NCBI GenBank assembly: GCA_963833985.1
Contig: CAWIAD010000002.1
Coordinates: 5,920,001-5,984,000 of the forward strand
Length of the DNA: 64,000 nt
Reading direction: 5' to 3'
Source of the DNA: an uncultured Planctomycetaceae bacterium
GTDB taxonomy: Bacteria; Planctomycetota; Planctomycetia; Isosphaerales; Isosphaeraceae
Below the pieces are notes generated by a model that saw nothing but the letters and a program-made list of their open reading frames with translations, was not told the origin of the DNA and did no database searches. The position numbers and the translations under genes are program-made. Below are positions 53,612 to 64,000 of this stretch, in pieces (the first letter of the stretch is position 1; each line of letters begins with the position of its first letter).

Positions 53612-54482
53612 GTCCCTGGAGCTTCGGATCCGAATCGTTCGGTGAGTGCGTATTTCTCTTCGACGCCGATCAGCTCGTTGAACTCGGCGAAGGTCATCAA
53701 CCCCGCTGGTGCATGCTGCGTTGTTCCTTCTTCCTTGAGCGTGCGGTACATCGTCTCGATGCTGCGGGCGGCCGCGAACAGCGCACTCAGGGGATAGAGG
53801 ATGAGGTGGAAGCCCAGCTCGATGAGCCGCTCCTTCGGCAGCACGGGCGTCCTGCCTCCCTCGATCATGTTCGCCACGTTGGGCGCGGGCGAATGCTTGC
53901 CGATGCTCTTGAGGTCCTCGAGCGAGGTCGGCGCCTCCACGAAGCTGGCATCGGCACCGGCCTCGCGCCGCCCTCCACGCGGCGGATCGCCTCGTCCAGA
54001 CTCACGGCGCCCAGGGCGTCGGTGCGCGCCACGATGAAGAAGTCGCGGTTGCCCCGGGCATCAACCGCGGCGCGGATCTTCTGGATGTAGTCGTGGCGGT
54101 CGATCACCTTCTTGCTGCGCATGTGGCCGCACCGCTTGGGCCAGACCTGGTCTTCCAGAAAACACCCCGCTGCGCCGGCCGCGATCAGCTCGTGCACGGT
54201 CCGGTGCACGTTCACCGGGTTGCCATAGCCGGTGTCGGCATCGACGATGATGGGAAGGTTCACGCTCATGCAGATGCGGCGGGCGCGGTCGATCATCTCG
54301 GTCTGCGTCAGGAGCCCCATGTCGGGCTCGCCGATCGCCGTGGCCGCCACCGAGTAACCCGACACGAAGGCCATTGGAAAGCCGGTGCGCTGGGCAATCT
54401 TCGCCGAGAGCGTGTCATAAACTCCTGGAAAGGCCAGCGCCCCGACCTCGCTCAGAATGCGGTGAACTCGCGTGTCTCTCAT
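53608..54482 (-). CDS. Isocitrate lyase/PEP mutase family (PrpB-like); frameshift near 53965
   Basis: GVYD.LSA, VDADTGYG, LEDQ..PKRCGH and VARTDA, then EAP...NMIEGG.TP in the second frame. Confidence 0.88.
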
Positions 54483-54678
54483 GGCTGGTTCCAGTACGAT
54501 CTTGACGACCCGCGGACCACGCTGTGATGCGATCCGCCCACCAAGCGCCATTGGACATCGTGCCTCGGGCCGGCACAAGTGGGCTGACCCGCTGCTCCAT
54601 TGCAAGCCGTGCCGCCGGCCCGGAACATGAGCCGTGTGTTTCATGCCCTTGTTCCGGCCCGAACAGTCAGGTGCTGCC

Positions 54679-55368
54679 ATGCCTTTACTCGATGGTTGCG
54701 TTCTCTGCCGGTGGCTGGTGCTCCTCATGCTGGCGGTCACCGCGGGCGGTGCTCCGCGGCAACCCGCGGCCGGCGCCCCGCCCGCTCGGAGCCTGTTTGA
54801 CGGCCAGAGCCTGGCAGGCTGGAAGAAATGCGACTTTTACAAGGCCGGCGATGTGAAGGTTCAGGACGGCGTGATCGTGATGTCCAGGGGCACCTCCATG
54901 TCCGGCATTACCACCACGCGGCAGGATCTGCCGACCACAGACTATGAATTGAGCTACGAGGCCATGCGGCTGGAGGGCCGCGATTTCTTCGCCGCGGCGA
55001 CGTTTCCCGTTGGCAAGTCGTTCATCACGCTGGTCAACGGCGGCTGGGGCGGCGGCGTGACGGGCCTATCGAGCCTCGATGGCATGGATGCCTCCGAGAA
55101 CGACACCACGCGATCCGTAACTTATCAGAACAAGACATGGTATCGCTTCCGCGTCCGGGTCACCGACAAGATGATCCGCTGCCTGATCGACGACAAGGAG
55201 GTCGTTGCCGTCGCCCACCGCGACCGCCGCGTGTCGACCCGCATCGAGACTCGCCGCAACCAACCGCTGGGCTTCGCCACCTATGAAAGCACCGGCGCGG
55301 TGCGGCAGATCGAGATCCGGCCGCTCACGGCGGCGGAGATTGCCGAGATCGACAAGTTTGAAGAGTGA
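54679..55368 (+). CDS. DUF1080 (3-keto-disaccharide hydrolase-like) secreted protein
   Basis: SLFDG.SLAGW and GGWGGGVTGLSSLDG.DASEN motifs. Confidence 0.85.
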   Translation: MPLLDGCVLCRWLVLLMLAVTAGGAPRQPAAGAPPARSLFDGQSLAGWKKCDFYKAGDVKVQDGVIVMSRGTSMSGITTTRQDLPTTDYELSYEAMRLEGRDFFAAATFPVGKSFITLVNGGWGGGVTGLSSLDGMDASENDTTRSVTYQNKTWYRFRVRVTDKMIRCLIDDKEVVAVAHRDRRVSTRIETRRNQPLGFATYESTGAVRQIEIRPLTAAEIAEIDKFEE

Positions 55369-55385
55369 CCCGGCTTACCCTGGTC

Positions 55386-55412
55386 GCACGACGAGTCAGA
55401 AGACTCCCGTGC
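55386..55412. terminator. Hairpin between convergent genes (possible terminator)
   Basis: GCACGacGAGTC-agaa-GACTCcCGTGC stem. No U-tract. Confidence 0.35.
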
Positions 55413-55413
55413 T

Positions 55414-57993
55414 TCACCAAATGTCGTGGCCGGACAGGGCCCTGATGTCAGTAGTGGCCCTGTGCCAGACCTCGCTGTGCAGGCTTTTCGTGGGAGTTGC
55501 CAGGGACTGGCCGACATCCAGCCTGGCGAAATCGCTGAAACGGTTAAGCTGTTCCGTCAGGGGCACTCGCTCGATCCGCGCCACTGCGGCGCGGGGATCA
55601 ATCATCGACCAGTCCAGAATAACCGATCTCAGCTCTTCGAGTTCGCTGTCGTCAGCCTGCTCGAGCAGGGCCCCCACGGGCTTGAACAACGCCACGGCCA
55701 CTTCACGGTCGTACCAGCTCAGCAATCCGCTCAGACGGCTGAGCGTCCAGGTATCTGAAAAGCGTAGGTCGCCCATGAGGGAGGGCCTGATGGCCAGGCC
55801 CCGCCAGAAAATCTCGGGTACCAAGGCCGGGTCGATCTGCTCGACCAGAGGTAGCAGGATCCAGGAGAATCTTCGAACGGCCGGATCGTTCGATCCCTCT
55901 TTCATCCGGCTTTCGATTCCGGCGATGGCCTTCCAGAACGCTTCGATCGCGGCCCCAGGGTCGCGAGCATTGAGCCCGTAAGCCAGGAACAGATAGGCCT
56001 CTGGATCATCATCGTAGTGCTGTGATTCGTCCACCAGCCTTCGGGTTCGTGCCGGATCGGTTGCGGCCATCTTCCAGGCGATCGCGGGATGAAGCCATTG
56101 CCGTCCCGGCACCTGGGGAATCAACCTCAGCAATCGCTCGGCCTCGGCGGGGTTCTCCGCGGCCAGGTGGAAGGCCATGTCGCCATAGACCTCAATCGCG
56201 TCACTCGGGTCGACGTCCACCAAGTTCTTTGCGACGCGGAGGGCCTCCGCCATGTCGACATGGGCAAGCCGGGCGGCGAACCGGCCGCGAATGATGCTTG
56301 AGGCATCCGGTCGCTGGCGGACGCTTTCCGCGAAGAGCGCTTTGGCCTGCTCTTTCTCTCCCAGCTCGTACCATCGTTCGGCGACCTCGGCCGCGAAATA
56401 CTGGGAATTTGCTTCTTTGACTCGGCGTGAAGCACGGGCAACCCATGCGAGCTTCCGATTGCGCTCATTGTCCGGGAGAGCATCGGCCAGAGACACAAGA
56501 CTCGTAATGCGGTTCCTGGGCGTTTCGGCGGACTCGGCCGATTCGGAGATCTCCCGTGCTCGTTCAGGGTCCGTCCGAGCCAGCGCTCGGGCCACCATGA
56601 ACTTGACACCCGCAATGTACGTCGGAGACAAGGTGTCCTGCGCCTCGAGCCTTTGCAAGACACCCTCAGGATCGGCGGCGGCCATGTAACGCAGTACGTG
56701 CACCATCGCGTTCTCGTTCTTCCGAACCACGGCCGCTTGCCAGTATGGCTCCAATAGCCGCATCGCCAGTGCCCGCGATTCCTCGAGTGGAATCGGCGGG
56801 GGCAGCATTCGCATCTCGGGCGCCGGGCGCTCGTTTCTGCGTATCAGCTTCACACACAGGCTCTCCTCTCCGGGCTTGACCAGCCGCCCGAAGAAGCGAA
56901 AGCCCTCAGCGCGAGCGAAGAGAAACACCGGCCCTTGGCGAAAACCGCCGAGCGAGAATCGGCCCTCCTTGTCGGTCTTCGTCGCCGTTCGCTCCGGCCC
57001 GTCACCCGACTGGAAGACGTCCACATCGGCCAGCGGCTTGCCTTGCCGATCGACCACCTGGCCGGTGAGCGTACGCAGCGGACGCTGGATCAAGGGAAGC
57101 AGGACGCGCGGCTGGTTCTCGATGGTGATCCACTTCGTCCATACAGATTCGAAGCCCGTCGCGCGGACCACCAGTCGATATTTCGAGCCGACGAGCAAGT
57201 TGTCCGGAGTGCGGAACGATCCATCCGCTCTGGTTCGCAAGGGGCTGTTCTTGAACTCGACGGTATGGGGCGGCAGATAGGTGCTTCCTTTGGACCAGAT
57301 CTCGATGACCTGGCTCGCGACCGGCTTCCCCGCGCTATTCCGCACATGGCCGGCCAGGTTACTCGTTGGTTTCAGCCGGATCGTCCCCGTCTCGGGCGGC
57401 GCAGCGCGGGGATTGTCGAAGAGCGCCAGGTTTTGCGTGCCGATCAATTCGGCCGAGATGCGCACCGCGCCCAGACGATCGCCGCCGGCCAGGTAATCGA
57501 TCTTCGCCTGGCCATCCGGCCCGGTCGTCACGGCCAGCCGCCTGGCGAGCGAGGGAGGCACGGTCTCAAACGCGGTCAGTCCGGCGGTCAAGATCAGTCG
57601 AGGGGAAACAATCGCGCCGGCCATCGGCCGGCCGTCGGAACCTTCAATTCGGATTGTCTTCGGCAACGGCTTCCGCAAGACCAGGTTCGCGGATTGCCTG
57701 GATCGCGGTACGGATGTCACCGCGCGGCCCGGCCGGAAGGCCCAGACGCGGGATCGATTCATGGTGAGCGGTACGATTGGAGGAAGCGCGAAATGGAATT
57801 GCCCATCGGCGTCGGTCCTTGTCTCCATCTCCAGTACCTGTCCGCTACCGTCGGTGTGAGGCGGAAGAGAGAAGATGACCAGGGCATCGGCGACCGGCTT
57901 GCCCTGCTCGTCGACGGCTTTGCTCTCGATCGTCATGCCCTGTGCCTGAGCGATAAGGAGCGTTGCCAGGACCGAACCAAAAAACCTTGTCAT
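55414..57993 (-). CDS. Secreted protein with repeated carboxypeptidase-regulatory-like (prealbumin-fold) domains and a helical-repeat C-terminus
   Basis: Signal peptide MTRFFG..., repeated G.V.D..GKP and TD.DG.F motifs. Confidence 0.75.
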   Translation of the reverse strand: MTRFFGSVLATLLIAQAQGMTIESKAVDEQGKPVADALVIFSLPPHTDGSGQVLEMETRTDADGQFHFALPPIVPLTMNRSRVWAFRPGRAVTSVPRSRQSANLVLRKPLPKTIRIEGSDGRPMAGAIVSPRLILTAGLTAFETVPPSLARRLAVTTGPDGQAKIDYLAGGDRLGAVRISAELIGTQNLALFDNPRAAPPETGTIRLKPTSNLAGHVRNSAGKPVASQVIEIWSKGSTYLPPHTVEFKNSPLRTRADGSFRTPDNLLVGSKYRLVVRATGFESVWTKWITIENQPRVLLPLIQRPLRTLTGQVVDRQGKPLADVDVFQSGDGPERTATKTDKEGRFSLGGFRQGPVFLFARAEGFRFFGRLVKPGEESLCVKLIRRNERPAPEMRMLPPPIPLEESRALAMRLLEPYWQAAVVRKNENAMVHVLRYMAAADPEGVLQRLEAQDTLSPTYIAGVKFMVARALARTDPERAREISESAESAETPRNRITSLVSLADALPDNERNRKLAWVARASRRVKEANSQYFAAEVAERWYELGEKEQAKALFAESVRQRPDASSIIRGRFAARLAHVDMAEALRVAKNLVDVDPSDAIEVYGDMAFHLAAENPAEAERLLRLIPQVPGRQWLHPAIAWKMAATDPARTRRLVDESQHYDDDPEAYLFLAYGLNARDPGAAIEAFWKAIAGIESRMKEGSNDPAVRRFSWILLPLVEQIDPALVPEIFWRGLAIRPSLMGDLRFSDTWTLSRLSGLLSWYDREVAVALFKPVGALLEQADDSELEELRSVILDWSMIDPRAAVARIERVPLTEQLNRFSDFARLDVGQSLATPTKSLHSEVWHRATTDIRALSGHDIW

Positions 57994-58194
57994 CGCATGA
58001 GCTCCGCACGGTGCACCATACGCATGATCCTTCGTCAGGCAATCTGAAGCATACCGCACTTGCGGACTTGTCGCATCAACACAGCAATCTCCTGCCTCCC
58101 GCCCATTGCGACCGGAGCCGGCCTTGTCCCGGCGGGGCGTTGGCCCTGATACTGAATTCTTCCGCTTTGCACCAACCCGGGGAATGCCAGCGTC

Positions 58195-59494
58195 ATGGAG
58201 CCAGACCCGACCGAGCCGGCCGATCATGAGGATCGGGACGACGAATCCCAGCCCGTAGTCACCCCCCACGACCCGTACACGGTACTGCGCGATGCGAACT
58301 TCCGGCGGCTGGTGCTGGCGGGGATGGTGGCGACGATCGGCAACCAGATGCAGGGCGTGGCCATTGGCTGGGAGCTCTATGAGCGGACCAGCGACCCCTT
58401 GATGCTGGGGATGGTCGGGCTGGCCCAGGTGCTGCCGGTCATCTTGCTGGCCATCCCGGCCGGGCATGCGGCTGACCGGCACAGCCGCAAGGGGCTGATC
58501 ATTGCTGCCCAATCACTGCTCATCCTCGCGGCCGGTGGGCTGGCGCTGCTGTCGTTCTACCGCGGGCCGATCTGGCTGACGTACCTGCTGCTCGTGCTCA
58601 CGGGCGTGGGCCAGGCGATGCACCGCCCGGCGCGGTGGGCGATCTTGCCGCAGGTCGTACCGCGCGAGCTGTTGCTCTCGGCTGTGACGTGGAACACGAG
58701 CGCCTGGCAGATTGCCGCGATGGCCGGTCCCGCCCTGGGGGGGTTGGTCATCGCCCTGGCCCATGGTGCAACGCCCTGCTACGTGATCAACGCCGGCTGC
58801 TCGGCCGTCGTGATCCTGCTCACGGCGTCGCTGCGGTTCCGGGCCGCTCCGCGCGACATGGAGCCGGTGACCCTGAAAACGCTGCTGGCCGGGCTCAGCT
58901 TCGTGCTTCGCACCGACCTCATCCTGGCGACGATCACGCTCGACTTGCTGGCGGTATTCCTGGGCGGCGCCACGGCGCTCTTGCCCATCTACGCGCGCGA
59001 CATCCTTCAGATTGGGCCTACCGGCCTGGGCTGGCTGCGCCGCACCGTCGATCGGCTCATTCTTCATGGCGCTCATGCTGGCCCATCGCCCACCCATGCG
59101 CCAGGCGGGCAAGACCTTGCTCTGGGCCGTGGCCGGGTTCGGCGCCGCGACGGTGGTCTTCGGCCTTTCGATGAATCCCTATCTCTCCTTCGCCATGCTG
59201 CTCGTGACGGGCGCACTGGACAACATCAGCGTGGTCGTGCGGCAGACGCTCGTGCAGATGCTCACGCCCGACGAGATGCGCGGCCGAGTCTCGGCGATCA
59301 ACACGATCTTCATCGCCTCGTCGAACGAGCTGGGCGAGTTCGAGTCCGGCGTGGCTGCGCGCCTCTTCGGCACGGTGGCGTCGGTGGTCATCGGCGGCAT
59401 CGGCACGGTCCTCGTGGTGGCGGGCGTGGCGGCCGTCTGGCCGCGGATTGCCCGCCTGGGCTCACTGCACGACCTGGGCGTTACCAGGAGGTAA
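58195..59494 (+). CDS. MFS transporter (DHA3/EntS-like); frameshift near 59040
   Basis: VAIGWELYERT, AG..ADR..RK, then TPDEMRGRVSAIN..SSNELGEFESG. Confidence 0.87.
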
Positions 59495-59599
59495 GCGGCG
59501 GTAACCGTCGGCCGCTCCACGGTGGGCAACCTCCGGAAAACCTGGTAACCTATCAAGGTCTACATCTGGCTTGACCTGCCTACCGTCGAGGTGATTCGC

Positions 59600-61036
59600 A
59601 TGCCTCGCCATGCCCAGCACGGCTCGAGAGACGGGCTCGGTTGCTCCCGCCGTGAGTTCCTCTGCCAGGCGGGAGGCGGCTTCGGCGCCATCGCGGCAAC
59701 CTGGCTGCTGGAGCAGCAGGCCAGTGCGGGCGCACCGGTCCATTCCGCCGCCCAGGCGCCCCATTTCGCGCCTCGCGCCATGCGCGTGATCTATCTCTTC
59801 ATGCACGGCGGGCCCAGCCACCTGGAGACTTTTGACCCCAAGCCTGAACTCCAGCGCCTGGGCGGTAAGCCCTTGCCTGCGAGTTTCGGCCAAGTGGCGA
59901 CCCGGCGCAAGGTGGCCGCGAACCCTTTGCTTGCCACGCGCCGCCGGTTCAGCCGTTGTGGCCGTTGTGGAATTCCCGTCTCAGACTTCCTTCCCAGAAT
60001 CGGCGAGTGCGCCGATGACCTCGCCGTGATCCGGTCGTGCTGGGCCGACAGCGTGAACCACCCGCAGGCCGTTTACCAGATGAACACCGGATCGGTGCTG
60101 ATGGGCAAGCCGAGCCTGGGAAGCTGGGTTGGCTATGGCCTGGGGACCGAGAACCAGGATCTGCCGGCCTTCGTCGTTCTGCCCGACCCCGCGGGAGGCA
60201 TCAAGGGCGGCCCTCCCGCTTACGGCGCAGGGTACTTGCCGGCGACCCACCAGGGCACCGTGATGCGCTCTGGCTCGGCATATCCGATCCTTGACCTGAA
60301 ACCCCCCGAAGGCACGTCCGACGCAGCCCAGCGCCGGATGCTTGACCTGGTGGGTAAGCTGAACGCCCGCCACCTTGCCGCCCGGGGTGATGATACGGAA
60401 CTGTCCGCGCGCATCCAGGCTTACGAGCTGGCCTATCGCATGCAGTCCGCCGCGCCCGAGGCCGTGGACCTGGCTCTGGAATCAGACGAGACACGCAGGC
60501 TTTACGGTCTGGATCGTCCCGAGACCGAAGAGTTCGGCAGGCGTTGCCTGCTGGCCCGCAGGCTGGTGGAGCGAGGAGTCCGGTTCGTCCAGCTCTATTC
60601 GGGCGACGTCAACGGCTGGGACGCTCACGACGATATCGAGGCCAACCACGCGCGCATGTGCGCCCGCACGGACCAGCCGATCGCGGGCTTGCTCAAGGAC
60701 CTGAAGCGCCGCGGGCTGCTCGAGGAGACGCTCGTGATCTGGGGCGGCGAGTTCGGCCGCATGCCGATGTCCGAGGGCGGCAAGGGCCGCGACCACAACC
60801 CGCACGGCTTCACGGTCTGGCTGGCGGGCGCCGGCATCAAGGGCGGGACAACCCACGGCGCCACCGACGCCGTCGGCCTCCGGGCCGAGGTGGACCGCGT
60901 GCACGTTCACGACCTGCACGCCACGATCCTGCACCTGCTGGGCCTGGACCACACCCGCTTGACCTCCCTCCATAATGGCCGCGAGGACCGCCTCACCGAC
61001 ACCGCGGGCAAGGTCATTCGCGCGGTTCTCGCCTGA
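59600..61036 (+). CDS. DUF1501 protein (Tat-like signal)
   Basis: SRREFL, FMHGGPSHLETFDPKP, LARRLVERGVRFVQ, WDAH and GRDHNP motifs. Confidence 0.93.
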   Translation: MPRHAQHGSRDGLGCSRREFLCQAGGGFGAIAATWLLEQQASAGAPVHSAAQAPHFAPRAMRVIYLFMHGGPSHLETFDPKPELQRLGGKPLPASFGQVATRRKVAANPLLATRRRFSRCGRCGIPVSDFLPRIGECADDLAVIRSCWADSVNHPQAVYQMNTGSVLMGKPSLGSWVGYGLGTENQDLPAFVVLPDPAGGIKGGPPAYGAGYLPATHQGTVMRSGSAYPILDLKPPEGTSDAAQRRMLDLVGKLNARHLAARGDDTELSARIQAYELAYRMQSAAPEAVDLALESDETRRLYGLDRPETEEFGRRCLLARRLVERGVRFVQLYSGDVNGWDAHDDIEANHARMCARTDQPIAGLLKDLKRRGLLEETLVIWGGEFGRMPMSEGGKGRDHNPHGFTVWLAGAGIKGGTTHGATDAVGLRAEVDRVHVHDLHATILHLLGLDHTRLTSLHNGREDRLTDTAGKVIRAVLA

Positions 61037-61133
61037 GCGAGCACAAACGAGCACAGCATGCCCCGACCTGCCCCGATTCAGGAACGCATCGGAGTTCAAG
61101 CTGGACGACCGCGACTGCCACATTAGCCTCTGA

Positions 61134-61256
61134 CGTGGGACAAGTTTTCATTCTTGTCTCTTGAATTCTTCTGCGAATCTATCTCTTGGTTCAATAAATA
61201 ATAAAGCATTCGCACGACATTCTTATTGAGCGACAAGATTGGAATCTTGACCCACG
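61134..61256. repeat. REP doublet / MITE-like element: 25-bp inverted arms around an AT-rich spacer
   Basis: CGTGGGACAAGTTTTCATTCTTGTC (61134-61158) matches the reverse complement of 61232-61256, CGTGGGTCAAGATTCCAATCTTGTC, at 21/25. Confidence 0.75.
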
Positions 61257-61276
61257 AGAGGTGAGAGGTGGGCATC

Positions 61277-63455
61277 ATGGGACAGGCTTTGAGAATCCTC
61301 CCCCTGCTTGTGACGCTTTGCATCCTTGCCGCGGGTCCGTGCCCGGGCCAGGAGCTTCGTATCCCGGAGCCGCCGATTACCGCTGAGGAGCGCGCGCACT
61401 GGGCATTCCAGCCCGTGGCGCGGCCCGAGGTGCCGGCCGTCCGGGAGCGCGGATGGTGCCGCAACCCGATCGACGCCTTCGTCGCGGCCAGGCTGGAGGC
61501 CAGGGGCATGCGGCCGGCGGCCGAGGCCGGCAAGCTGACGCTGATTCGCCGTTTGAGCTTCGACCTCACGGGGCTGCCGCCGTATCCCGAGGAGATCGAG
61601 CGGTTCCTGGGGGACGGCTCCGCCAATGCGTACGAGAAGCTCGTCGACCTTCTGCTGGCCAGCCCGCAGTACGGGGTGCGATGGGCCCAGTCCTGGCTGG
61701 ACCTGGCGCGCTACGCCGATACCGACGGCTTCGAGTTCGACCAGGCGCGCCCCAACGCCTGGCGGTATCGCGACTGGGTGGTCGACAGCCTGAACCACGA
61801 CCTGCCTTACGACCAGTTCGTCCGGCTGCAACTGGCCGGTGACGAGATCGCCCCCGAAGATCCGGCGGCGTACGTCGCCACCGGCTTCAATCGTTGCTAC
61901 CCGGACATGATTGACCTTAACGACCAGGGGTTGAGGCGGCAGAACGCGCTGAACGACATCACGGAGACGACGGGCCTTGTCTTCCTTGGCCTCACGATCG
62001 GCTGCGCGGTGCCACGATCACAAGTTCGACCCGATTCGCCAGGTGGATTTCTATCGCCTGCAAGCGTTCTTCGCCGCGGCCCGGTTTCGCGACGACTATC
62101 CGCTGGCCTCGACCGAGCGGCGCCTGGCTCATGAACGGGCCGTCACGGCCTGGCGAGAGCAAGTTGCCGGCGTTCAGACGGAGATCCTCAGCATCGAGAA
62201 GCCGGTGCGAGACCATCTGGCGCCGGGCTTGCCGATGGGGGCACTCGATGACGCCGTGGCGGCCTACGAGAAGCCGGAGTCACAGCGCACGGCCGCGGAC
62301 GTCACGTTGGTCTACACATGGCTGCACGGTGACGGGCGCATCAAGGCCAGGGACTGGCCCCGGCTGCTGGACGAGCCAGCGCAGGCCCGGCGGCAAATGC
62401 TGCTGGAGCGCCTGGACCGGATCGACAAGGCTGCGCCCCCTGCCCTGCCGACCGCACGGGGAATAGACGAGCCTGACCGCAAGGCTCCGCCGACCTACTT
62501 CTTGAGGCGCGGCGAATACACCGCGCGCGGACCGGCCGTGGCGCCGGCGTTTCCGGCCGTGCTCGCGACCGACCCGCCGGTGATTGCAGGCCGTGGCGGC
62601 ACGACCGGGCGTCGCCGCGCTCTGGCGGAATGGCTGACGCGCGGCGATCATCCGCTCACGGCCCGGGTGATGGCCAACCGGCTCTGGCAGGGCCATTTCG
62701 GCCGGGGTCTGGTCGGCACGTCCAGCGATTTCGGCAAGATGGGCGATGAACCGAGCCATCCCGAGCTGCTCGACTGGCTGGCCAGCGAGCTGGTGGCGCG
62801 GCACTGGAGCCTGAAGACCCTGCAACGGTTGATCGTCACCAGCGCGACCTACCGGCAGTCCTCGCAATCGACGGATACCAGCAGGGCCGATCCGGAGAAC
62901 CTCCTGCTGTCGCATCAGAACCGGCGCAGGCTGGACGGAGAGGCCATTCGCGATGCACTGCTGGCGGCCTCGGGCCGGTTGAACCCGGCGCTCGGCGGGC
63001 CGGGCGTCTTTCCGCCTCTGCCCGCGGAGCTCACGAAGCTCTCGAGCAAGGGCGCGGTCTGGCCGGTCTCGCCGAGAATCGAGGATTGCCGCAGGCGGAG
63101 TCTCTACGTGTTCGTGAGGCGCAACCTGCGGTATCCCTTCTTCGAGGCCTTCGACCGCCCCGATACCAACGTGAGCTGCCCAGGCAGGCCGGTCACCACC
63201 AGCGCGCCGCAGGCCCTCAGCCTGATGAACAGCCGCCTGGCCGCCGAGGCCGCGGCTGCCATTGCCGAGCGCACACGCGCGCAGGACGAGTGCAACCCCG
63301 CCGCGCGGGTCCGGCGCGCGTATGTCCTCACGCTGGGGCGTCCGCCCGATGCGGCCGAGCAGGCACTGGCACTCGCGTTTCTGGATTCCGGAGCGACCTT
63401 CAAGGATCTCTGCCTCGCGCTCATCAACGCGAACGAGTTCCTCTACATCGATTGA
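61277..63455 (+). CDS. DUF1549/DUF1553 (PSCyt2/PSD1) protein; frameshift near 62005
   Basis: HWAF, NPIDAF, WLDLARYADT, C(AR)CHDHKFDPI, PSHPELLDWLA and PQAL.LMN motifs. Confidence 0.92.
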
Positions 63456-63762
63456 CGACCATGGGGTCGTGATCCCCGGCTAGATGAATCTCCCGGGCAG
63501 TGGCTTGTATTGCCCCGGTCGAGGCTCTAAGGTGCAAGCATGAGCAGAGCCCCTGGCGGGCATGACGCGTGCGGGCCGCGTGACAGCGGTCGCTGGACGC
63601 CTCGTGTCGCCTGACCTTCCTTGCTCCCTCCCGCCCCGTGGTTCGTGCGTCCCTCCGGATGATGATCGTTGCTTGCGGGTGTGCCGCCTGAGCCGCGGCG
63701 CCGATCGGGGCAAGGCGCCGGGTATGTCCAGCGGACTGAAGCGCCAACGAGGAGGACTTGCC

Positions 63763-64000
63763 ATGACGGGTCCATTCACGCGCCGTGAGCTGCTCGCGAA
63801 GGCCACGGCCGTCGCCGCCTGCGCCTCACTGACCATCGTGCCGCGCCACGTTCTGGGAGGCGCGGGATATATTGCCCCCAGCGAGAGGTTGAACATCGCG
63901 GGGATCGGCATTGGCGGCATGGGCGCCGCGAACCTGAGGAATCTCGAATCGGAGAACATCGTCGCGCTCTGCGACGTGGATCCGAGCTATTCCGCCCCGA
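63763..64000 (+). CDS. Tat-exported Gfo/Idh/MocA oxidoreductase (partial, runs off the window)
   Basis: GGAGG SD; MTGPFTRRELL...PSERLNIAGIGIGGMG...IVALCDVD. Confidence 0.88.
   Translation, partial: MTGPFTRRELLAKATAVAACASLTIVPRHVLGGAGYIAPSERLNIAGIGIGGMGAANLRNLESENIVALCDVDPSYSAP

Overview
High-GC bacterial window with a planctomycete (Isosphaeraceae-like) gene repertoire: DUF1501, DUF1549/1553, DUF1080, a planctomycete-type ECF and planctomycete-type integrases. It opens with tRNA-Ala(CGC) next to a nonsense-interrupted tyrosine integrase, followed by sugar, polyamine and housekeeping genes (aguB/aguA, rluB, pyrK). After tRNA-Lys(CTT) there is a decayed integrase relic and then a long accessory region. 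That region holds an SGNH/bulb-lectin/HExxH fusion and an ~18.5 kb hybrid lipopeptide cluster (MbtH; FAAL-ACP-KS-dead AT-ACP-C-A[Orn-like]-PCP-C; A[Gly]-PCP-terminal C; no TE; SyrD/PvdE-type and MacAB exporters). It also holds an IS4 element bracketed by inverted REP-like arms, and a hen1-pnkp RNA-repair operon with a YibA-like (Rhs immunity-type) HEAT gene wedged between the two genes. Further on are an unannotated zinc-ribbon microprotein, a hydrolase, an orphan ECF and a rhodanese-RND efflux operon with a clear promoter/operator. At least ten genes carry single frameshifts, most likely long-read assembly indels. All family assignments are by-eye motif recognition; no database searches were run.
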